From Trichoplax adhaerens (Eukaryota; Animalia; Placozoa): a stretch of 64,000 nucleotides of DNA. The notes beneath the pieces are model-generated. The model was not told the DNA's origin. It saw nothing but the letters and a program-made list of their open reading frames with translations, and did no database searches. This document shows, piece after piece, positions 43,701 through 53,394 of the stretch. Numbering within the stretch: the first letter of the stretch is position 1; every line of letters starts with the position of its first letter. Location of the stretch: positions 1,173,830 to 1,237,829 of the forward strand of contig NW_002060943.1 of the NCBI RefSeq assembly GCF_000150275.1, given 5' to 3'. The position numbers and the translations under genes were made by a program.

Positions 43701-43828
43701 TAATTTTGTATACACTGTATATACAATGTTATTAGGATCAATTCAATTCAATAAAACTACAGAGGTATAGGAAGACGCTCTTCTAGGCAGCGATCTCTTG
43801 ATAATTGTCGGTACCAAAGCAGTTCTAT

Positions 43829-46668
43829 CTAGCGGTAGCCTAACAAGACTCTTTGCATTTTCTGCCTTTGAGCTGCTTCTTCTTCCTCGCTACTATAATC
43901 GCTTGAATTGCCAGATTGACATGGTGGCGAGCATAAATATCTCAGTAGCGGTAAACGGTACTTTCCACAAAAATCAGCAAATTTTACTTCTTTAACTCTT
44001 GTATCAAAATAAACACCACGGCATTTCGGACAACGTCGAGCAGAATCTAAAAATTTAACTAAACATTGCGGTAGTGGTAGCTGACGATACGGAATTTTGG
44101 AGTTACGAATAATTCGACCACTTAATTCCTTGAGAGTTGGAACTTCATACTCCAACTCTTGGATAAATTGAAAAACCAATGGATTATTTCGTAAGCTTAA
44201 ATCCGATAAGTGGACTAAATGGATAATTTCAACCGGTAGAGTGGTCAATTGATTATTATGCAAGCTAAGTGATCTTAGCTTGGTTAACTTAGACAAGGCT
44301 ACAGGTATAATTTTTAATTTATTGTCGCACAACATTAGAGCGCGCAAGCAATCCAAGGCGCCCAATTCAGCTGGTACTTGAGTCAATTGATTGCCACCTA
44401 AGTAGAGAATTTCCAATCTAAAATGCAAAAAGCCAAGAAAAATATCTATAAATAACTTGAATAACTACGGAAACATGCACGTTCGACTATGTAAGCATAG
44501 CTAAGGTTATTGACGTATTATTACTAATGATACATTAAGGATAGGAATTTTATGATCCGTGACTAGCAACTGTAAACCGTAGGTTCCATCATCCCCGAAA
44601 GATATCCAATTAACTCGGCTTTAGTCTGTGCAGTACTAACGATTAGGGGCAATATGAATTGTCATTGGTATCTCCGTTGCAAATAGTAATTCATCGCCTT
44701 TGGCGATCAATTGTGGCAGGTAAGTAAAAATAAATTCAAGATTGAGTTACCTAATTCAGCCGACATCGGCATTCATAACGTTATATTTGACAATATTTCG
44801 AATTATAACGAACCTTATGCAAGGACGGAGTAATCAACAAGACTACAATAACAATAATTATTTCGTGAACAATCAACAAATAATGGCATGTTTTCGATCT
44901 ACTCCATATTAACGCAGCACGCAAACTTGCAATGTTATGTTAATGAAGATTACTCACGTTGACAATAGTTGGTCAACATTGATTATAGGTAGCATCCATT
45001 TCGGTTCTATCTGATCAAAATGATAATGGGAATGAAAGACTACCACCCATTTCTTAGCATCTGAATATGCATTGCGCAGCGTAGTAAAAATACAAATGTC
45101 ATGATAGTATCTTGGAGTCCTTATTAGGGTTAGCAAATACGGAATACTTGGCAAACAATTGTTTAAAAAGTAGAAAACCGAAATGGATTTACAATGCATG
45201 ATTAGAAAGTGGGTTTGAGCTTTTATTTAAGAAATCGATACTAGCTGTTTGATGATAGCTATATCAGCCAAGTTATTCTTTAGTCTCCTACATACTGTAG
45301 TAATATTATCAAAATCGATTTATCCCTGATAATTTTTAAATTTAACTCCATCAGAGCTAGGGCAGAATTTTGGGAACAAATGTTCATGATGGAAATCAGA
45401 CTCCCATGTCGTAGATAAATAGCTATCCATGATTGTTCCCATACGCCAAAAATGATGATTGATTTGAGAAGCAAGACCAGTAACATCAAAAAAGAAAATT
45501 AACGGATATGGATCGCATTGAAATACTCGTCGATAGTACAGTTAGAAATGGATTCACTTTCGTGAAGGTACGGTAGCCAGGACCATCATCACTAGAAGGT
45601 ATCGTCATGTATTGCACCGATTATGACAAACTCAAGGTTAGAATGGTAGGGGATTTACGGTTAAGCAAGCATAGCAAAAAAAATACCGTATCTCTCTGTG
45701 AATGATAGCGCAGGTTGATATAGTAGTTTGTCGCCTTGATAAAAAAAAAAAATGGTTGTTATTGATCGATATAGGACGAAGAAGTACTGTCTATATGTAC
45801 TGCTCGATCTAAAAAATCGTCATCGTCACAGCAAGCCTAATATAAATATACAGTAGAGGGAAAGAAAAAGTTGCTGGAGTTCAAATTGTGCTGTATCCTT
45901 TGGAGGAGGTTTAGCCGGCTAATGTTCTATCGATTACTAATGTGATGATGATATCATTCGTTGATTGAAATGTAGAAATATCGAATAGGCACGCAATACG
46001 TTATATTGATCATTATCATTGAAGCATGTCTCTTCAGCTACAGTGATGTTAGGGGTAAATTGTCAAGAAAGGCAATTGTTTCTTGTCCAATTGATGATGT
46101 ACAGCTGTTGGATCGATTGCATTGGACTATTGGTCAAAAGTGATGAAGAACTTGAGATGGCATGCACATTTGCTTCTTACCGCTTTAAATTGATTATACT
46201 TTGAGGTACCGTCTCCAGTCGATTACCACCAAAATAGAGCGTTCTCAATCTGGTTAAATGGCATATTTGCGATGGAAATGTTTTAAATTGGTTACCACTC
46301 AGATAGAGCTTCTCCAAGTTGATTAATTGATCAAACTCTTTGGGTAGATCGGTGAGGAAATTGTCATTTAACGTCAAGTTGGTCAATGAAATTAAATGGG
46401 TTAACTCAACTGGCACTTGTCGAAATTGATTGCTTGATAAATCTAAATGGCGTAGATGCGTTAACGTCGTCAATTGCTTTGGCAACTTGGTTAATAAATT
46501 GGACTGTAGATTGACAATTACAATATCATCATCATGATCGTCTTGTAATCGATGAGCATTTCCATTAGAGAAATCCACTTGTCGACCAACTGGTTGATCA
46601 TAAGGGAGTGGATCTCGATCGATTGGATTGCGGGCTGCAATACGACTATGACTTCTCCTATTGGACAT
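43829..46668 (-). CDS. LRRC58: Leucine-rich repeat protein 58 (LRR + BC-box/cullin-box + Cys-rich C-terminus), 2 exons
   Basis: Exons 46668-46181 and 44417-43829, intron 46180-44418 (CG|GTAAG...TTTTAG|A). LRRs are followed by VPTLKELSGRII..LPQCLVKFL and CPKCRGVYFD...FADFCGKYRLPLLRYLCSP...MQRVLLG, diagnostic of LRRC58 (human FVDFCGKYRLPLMHYLCSP...MQKVLLG). Confidence 0.92.
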
Positions 46669-46832
46669 GTTGCAGTAATGATTTGGATATTGATGCAATC
46701 GCTTCCTCTACCACTATCCAATGATCGATATACACGAATTCAGCGTTGATTGCCCACTACCAATGCAACCGCTGAATTTACGCTAGCAATCTTCAGCAGT
46801 TATGGAGAAAGAGTTGGCGATGATGATCTTGA

Positions 46833-46959
46833 TCAACTCCTTTCCGTAACTCGTAGTAACGAGATGCCGGGTTGCATCGGCGATGAGGTCAACCGGGGGT
46901 TTAAATACCCTTGACGCGGTTGCTTTGGGTATGGTGATTGGACCTGGTCAAGTGGTCAT
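46833..46959 (-). promoter_or_regulatory. Two AUG uORFs upstream of LRRC58
   Basis: gccATG ACC ACT TGA (46959-46948, MTT*) and ATG...TGA at 46877-46833 (MQPGISLLRVTERS*), in a GC-elevated stretch 165-290 nt upstream of the main ATG. The TSS is unknown. Confidence 0.45.
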
Positions 46960-47227
46960 GGCTTGGAGGGGCTTTGTTCTGCCAGCTGATCGTGATGGTG
47001 GCCTGAAACAGTATTCTGCAGTAGTGTGGTGTACTATAGGATTGTCAAGACTAGTCAGGACTGGCCTGGGCACACCTTGCTGCAGCTAGCAAAGAGGGTC
47101 TTAAAACATAGCCTGAGTATAGTCGACCAGTATTGATCGTACTGCACGCTGCAAGCTACACTATGAGAGTTTCAGTTAAAAATGCAGTGTCATCAGCGAG
47201 TACTAACCGACGTCAGCCAAGAGTTGC

Positions 47228-48105
47228 ACTGTAGACTACAGTACAGTACTGTAGTTTTGATGGTGGACTATCCTATACTGTGTAGTGTACAGTATAGCCA
47301 GTGGATCACCAACGCCCACAAATGCATAGAAATCACTCAGGATAGGTCAGAAACAGCCAATACTATGGTATGATGGAGTCAACAGGATCTGAGCCGGCCA
47401 ACGCAATGACACAGCAAAAAATCGCCGCTTCTTGTACGTACATTTGAAAGTCACGCTTGTTACGTCACCTACTCTACGTACAGTACAGTACAAGCTTTTC
47501 TTCTTTACGATACAGTGTACTGTAATTTACGATGTAAGGTACGGTGTACATTGTACAGTACAGCACTGCAACGTGAGCAATTGTGCATTGGGGTCCGCAG
47601 GTTTTCATGGTCTAGTCCGATCCGGTCCGGACCCTGACTTGCACAATACAATAGAGTACTGTACTGTAGGTCTCTAGAGTACAGTGTACAGTACTGTACT
47701 GTACTGTACTGCACACTGGACTATACAGGCTGTTTCATAACATTTTGTCACTTTCGGGCCATATTTTTCTTTAAAAATACAGTAAAGCTATAATAGAATG
47801 ATATATGAGGTTGATGGAGAGATTCTGAAATATCTGAATCTGGTAAAGTTAGAAAGTTAAACTTGCTCTTAAGTCCATAAATGATGAAAGTATCACTGAC
47901 CGTTATATCCCCATTTATGAATGATCTACAGTACTGTACAGTACTGTACAGTACAATGCAATACCAAGTCATCGAAATTTGTGCTCATACTAAATGCGGC
48001 GGTAAAGCGCGGTAAAGCAGTAAATGCCACTGTCTTGTTTGATGAGAAGATTTTCTTACTACATTACTGTACAGTACTGTACACTGTACTGTACAGTGCT
48101 ACAGT
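47228..48105. repeat. TACAG/TACTG pentamer and CAGTACTG palindrome clusters upstream of LRRC58
   Basis: Examples: cagtactgtactgtactgtactgcac (~47688-47713), tacagtactgtacagtactgtacagtac (47927-47954), actgtacagtactgtacactgtactgtacagt (48067-48098). Confidence 0.85.
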
Positions 48106-48136
48106 AAAAACGCGAGCAACGACAGTCCTTCAACGG

Positions 48137-48271
48137 AGTCAAAACGTTACCCGAACCCGATCAAATTGTTGATTTTCTAACCCGAAATGGATGCAATCGC
48201 TATACAAACACTGTAGCGACACAGAATTAATTAACCCGAATCCCTTCCTCCAGTCGGGTTTCGGGTTGACT
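48137..48271. mobile_element. Possible MITE-like remnant with ACCCGA sub-repeats
   Basis: Imperfect terminal inverted repeats agtcaa..acccgaacccga / tcgggtttcgggttgact, with internal taacccgaa copies at ~48178 and ~48232. No target-site duplication identified. Confidence 0.35.
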
Positions 48272-48294
48272 TTTTTGAAAGCTACTTTCATATC

Positions 48295-48882
48295 ATCAAC
48301 TTTTTCCTGATAGGACACTGGTAGCAACGTACCTGCACGTGCTCGCTTCACTGAAGTTGGTTTGAGTCATCGCTGTCTCATGCAAAAAGTTCATCGTGTG
48401 AACGTACCTTCAGCCTTCAGGCACGTTTAGGGGTGCTACGGACTACTGGAAAGGAAGACAGAGGGACTGTCCAACAATCTTCATTGAAGAAACGGCGGTG
48501 CAGGATGACTAATATGGTACTGGTCATATCCCCCTACATTGGTAGACTAGAACCATACAGCGTACTGCGCGTAACCAACTCCATGGTGGCTACTTGTGAG
48601 CGTAGCCGTCAACAGGACTGACTACGATTTTACATGCAGATAACAGTTCAAAATGACCACAGAAAGAGTCAGCTTGTACATTTTTGCCAACGAAAGTCGT
48701 TGATCGTCTCTCTTTCTGAATAACACTATAGTTTAGTATACAGTATACTGTACGATGCAGTGAGCGCTCTCACCGTCACTGACTTGTCGGAGTCGTTTGT
48801 ATCATTTACAATCCAAAATTGTGTCCATCGTCCATCCCTCCTTTCCGCGACTGGAAAGGACGGACGGTGGACAATTGGATTG
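48295..48882. ncRNA. Candidate unannotated structured RNA (family and strand unresolved)
   Basis: GC-rich non-coding island with at least 8 hairpins, including a ~28-bp stem at 48809-48882, flanked by promoter-type TACAGTA clusters. No known ncRNA signature recognised. Confidence 0.35.
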
Positions 48883-49302
48883 AGAGGTCCATGTCTGGTT
48901 GACTACTGACAGTCTACTGTACTGTTGAAAATGTTTAAAAATGTCGCCACACTTATTGGACTGGATGACATTGTTTCTATCATACTTTGGCAGCGAGAAA
49001 TGGCTTAAAGTGATAATGCTATAAATTAGAATTATTATCAGTAACATTGAACAATTTTGATAGTACTGTATTCTATTCTATTCCCATCACTTAGTACGGC
49101 ATACAGCATACTGTAGAATGGTAAACTAAGGTCTTACCATATACAGTAGTACTGCATATTACAGACGGTATTAGTTAGGAATAGTAGGTAGGAATCATAC
49201 GTTCCACTATCCAATTGAGAGTTTTCAGTCAATATCATATACCCAACGATATGAATGGAGCCTAAACTTCGCCCATACTATTCTCAGAGTCGGAGTAAGA
49301 AA

Positions 49303-49666
49303 GTGTTGACAACTCCAAAGCCTACCGGCGCTCTTTTTGCCCATTTATTCATCCAATTAGACCATCTAACTTAAGTAATGCAATATACTGTAGACAGGTA
49401 GATATGACCAGGCTACAAAAAGGATTAACTATCTTTGAAATTATTTATTGGTCTTTTATAATATAGAGATAATACAGAATATACGTGTTGACAACTCGAA
49501 AGCCTACCGGCGCTCTTTTTGCCCATTTATTCATCCAATTAGACCATCTAACTTAAGTAATGCAATATACTGTAGACAGGTAGATATTACCAGGGTACAA
49601 AAAGGATTAACTATCATTAAAATTATTTATTGGTCTTTTATAATAAAGAAATAATACAGAATATAC
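49303..49666. repeat. Recent tandem duplication, 2 x 182 bp
   Basis: 49303-49484 and 49485-49666 are near-identical (gtgttgacaactc.aaagcctaccggcgctc...aatacagaatatac), with only a handful of substitutions. Confidence 0.95.
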
Positions 49667-50961
49667 ACTCAATATGCAACAGATTGATAGACACCACGTA
49701 CGAGAATATACACAGTAAATTGAAAATGGTCGAAATGGTGGATTGAAATTGGTATATTCAGTCGACCCTAGCAATCCAATTACATGTGTAATTGGACTGT
49801 AGGATGAAGATTCTAAACCTTCTAATAGCCACTTAAAGATACACTGATTGGAGTAGGATATTGAATAGTTGACTATGTACAAACTATAACTATATCGATA
49901 AACTCACGATCATCCACACATGGCCTTACTTTTAAAGTGAACAGCTCGGTGATTGATTGTATATTACATTCAATGATTAAAATCGCTAAGTAGAGGGAGG
50001 GGTGATCTTTTAGATTGAGAATATTTTATCACTCACAACATACTGTACGATCACGTATCCAAACTGAATGGGCAAAAGGGTACTAAAACTGAGCCTTCTC
50101 AAATCGCCTGGTAGCATCATCGATTGAGGTACGATGCAAATTAAGTACATTCATTTACCTATTACAACTATGTCAATGGCAATGACATAATTCATTCGAT
50201 ATACAGAGAAAGTTAAAAAAAATTGTAATTCAATACCTCTTTTCATGTTAATCGCGTTACAAATATACAAGAATAGAAGCATATTAGGCAAAGCATGTAG
50301 AAAATTGGAAATGGTCTAGCAAGGTGATATCAATTACAAAATAAAATCAACTTGAAGAGTGCGGCAATCCCTCACTCTCTTTAGACATTTTTATGTATCA
50401 TCTACTTGTTAATCCAACACTCTTTACTACTCAATCATATATGATATATAGACATTAATCATCACCATAATTTCAATAAATGTTGAAATATAGCTATATA
50501 GCTATAGCCATCGTATCGAAATAGTAGTGATGATATACACCTTGCGGCACCGTCAAATAATATCAATTTTTTTCTTTATCCTTTAATCGACACATATAAT
50601 TAATAACCAGTTTGAGACTGAGTAGCATGATGTACTGTATACAGTCCTTATCATTGCAAACAAAATTCTTCTTTACTCTATTTCAATTCTTGCAGTAGAT
50701 ATCATAGCTGTCTTCTTAATTTAAGCTTTGCCCCATTTTGATATTGCGAATTGAAAAGCCATCAAAAAATGAAATTTAACTCAATTACTTATCATGGGTT
50801 GGACTGCAAATAGGTTACCTTATAAATTGCCTCTATAGCTGTTGCATACTGATTTACAATATCGTATGTTATGCGGACTTTAGGTTAGGAATATGCGCTG
50901 AAAACCGTCTTGAAGATCAATCAACTACATCATAAATTCTGATAGATAGAATCGTTTTGAA

Positions 50962-53394
50962 TTAGTCTTGAATTTGAATACTACATTCTGCCGGTTCAGA
51001 AATCATTCGTCCTTGCCAACTATTGCGGATGCCATAGAAAAAGTATAGCGGTAATCCTTGTATAGATGAAATGGAAATTGATAAACCAATAGTAAATTAA
51101 ATAATGTCATAACAGGGATTAATAGAATGACGGATATACCTTGAAGAATAATGAAACTAAACGTAAATCCTATACCAGTAAATATGCTTATGCTATACGA
51201 GTATGCTTACGATATACTGACAGCTTGGCATCACTAAAACTTTAATTCAAATTTCTATTTTATAATTTAAGTGATCATTATTATTTTAACTATGAAATTA
51301 CTATTTAGTAATTTTAAACATTTTCACAAATTCACTATAAAAGATAAAACTGCAAAACTTGTTATATTAAGCTCTAATTTATGCTAATAGCATCTTGTAG
51401 AATATAGATCATGACGCCTGCTTATGAGCATACTGATTATAATTATATAATTCATTTTCGCATACTTGCTATATTACATTTATTAATAATTGTACTACTA
51501 TTGCCTAGATTGCAATGAATACGTGCAAGTCTGTCCATAAAATGAACTCACAATTACCTCATTAAACAACTCTATTCTTACCTACTAATAGCCAAATAGA
51601 AAATCGAATCCAAGCAACTCCTGGTAATACCACTAGCAATAGCGTGTAGCAAAAGATAGCAATTAAGGGTAAGACAGGAACTAGAGGTACCATAAAATCG
51701 ACTTTCTTAGACGTTTGTGGCTGGATTATCAATGAAATGACCGCTGCTACAATAGTAAAAGCTAATATTATAGTTAAGACTATGACCCACCATGCTGCTA
51801 CTAGAAGAAAATCATAAGCATAAACAACAAGTGCATCTAATGCTAGTAAAAGGAAAAAATAACAAGCTAATGAGCTGTTGACCACACTACTTGAAACGTA
51901 AGTAGGTAAACGCTTAGAGCGATCTTGATGATAGTCATGAGGGTTAGCATGGCGTGCCGATGTTGATGTTGATTGTGCTATTAAATTAGTTTTATCGCTG
52001 GGTTTAGGTTTGGATGAATGTGCACTACTATGTCGTCTTGAAAGTTCATTATTTTCAATATTGTGGGTGAAGATTTCAGATTCTTCATCACTTTCAATCT
52101 CTTGATTAACAGTGGCATCACCAATTTCCATTTCACCGCTATTGTAGACAATTTCTAAATCAGTTGATGGTCGATAGCGCAATATAATAACACATATAGC
52201 TACTGTAGCACAAGCTAACAATGTTCCAATTGATGTCATATTAATTAATGTTGCTGTACTTAATAGCATAGCCATAAATGCTGCTATAAGAGTTGTAGAG
52301 CTAATTGTAAATAAAGGTGTTTCTGTAGTTTTATTTAAAATGCCAAACCACGGTGGAATAAGACCGTCTTTAGCCATCGTTATAGCAATTCGAATAATTG
52401 CAAACAAACAACAACATGCGCCACCAATTAAACTAGCTATAATGCCAGGTAGAATAACCAGATTAGCAAATGGAATACTACGTATTATAAAGACTTGCGA
52501 TGGTGCTGCAATTTGTAAATCTACTACATTATACATGGATAAAGTAATGGCCGTAGTTACTGTTGTCACGACTAATACAAGTATAATCATTAATGGTGAG
52601 ATATAAGCCAATTGTTTAACAGGATTGTTGACTTCAGCACCAGTTGTTGCAATTATATCAAGGCCACTAAAGGCAAAGAATATACTACCTGATGCAATAA
52701 GTACCCCATAAAAATTGTGAGTAAATACAATAGTTGACGAATCCCAGCTAACACTAGTACCATAAAAAGCGCCACATGTTATAATAAATAGAATCGAAGC
52801 TAATGCCATAACTGACATAATATCCAGCGGCAATAATATTCTTATGCCACTACCAACAAATACACCACATAAACAAGTTAGTAAAAACGCAATAATATTT
52901 AAGTAAGAACTTAATCCAGGGATATTAATTGGGCCAAGTATTGTAACAAATGCTTTCTCCATTTGGCCATCGCTAACAGTATTCAAATATTGCGTGATGG
53001 TTGATGCACATACCGCGATGCCAACAACGTATTCCATAATTAATGTCCAGCCAATAATAAAGGCTGGAAATTCACCAGCAGCTATATAAGTGTAAGAATA
53101 AGCTGAGCCTTGTACTTTAGGCAATCGAGTTGAAAATTCGGCATAGCACAACGCTGATAGAAACGCAATACAGCACGATATAATAATGGAGAAAACAACA
53201 GACGATCCGGTAACTTGGCTCCCTTCATAGCCCATATAAACAGAAATGATTGAACTAGATATTGTCATACCTAGAACTAATAAATGCCCATAGCCAATGG
53301 AAAGATTAGACGATGCAAACGGTTGATCTTCATTAATTGGTTTCAATCGACATAGCGTACCAGAACAAGCAGTTAGTCGGTTAGCATATGCCAT
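50962..53394 (-). CDS. Cationic amino acid transporter family member (SLC7A1-4/14-like, 14 TM), 2 coding exons
   Basis: Exons 53394-51582 and 51056-50962 (G|GTAAG...CAAG|GA). Motifs ALCYAEFSTRLP..GSAYSYTY..GE..AFIIGW..IMEY, FAFSGLDIIATTGAEV.NP, MAKDGL, SIGTLLA, LRYRP, FMVPLVPVLP, WIRFSIWLLVG|LPLYFFYGIRNS. Confidence 0.92.

Noticed and set aside
44650-44700. SECIS element (ATGA-12nt-AA...GA)
   Set aside because: The AA-to-GA spacing is only 13 nt, helix II is mismatched, the location is intronic, and the CDS has no in-frame UGA.
44560-44730. Canonical U1 snRNA gene
   Set aside because: The 5' ACTTACCTG matches, but helix H, the SL1 loop spacing, the Sm site and SL4 are not in canonical order. 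Kept only as a U1-like motif.
47228-48105. CRISPR-like array
   Set aside because: No constant repeat with regular unique spacers, no cas genes, and the context is eukaryotic.
52340-52606. + strand ORF (likewise 4942-5184, 40125-40457, 43798-43995, 60971-61183)
   Set aside because: Antisense or alternate-frame shadows of real coding exons.
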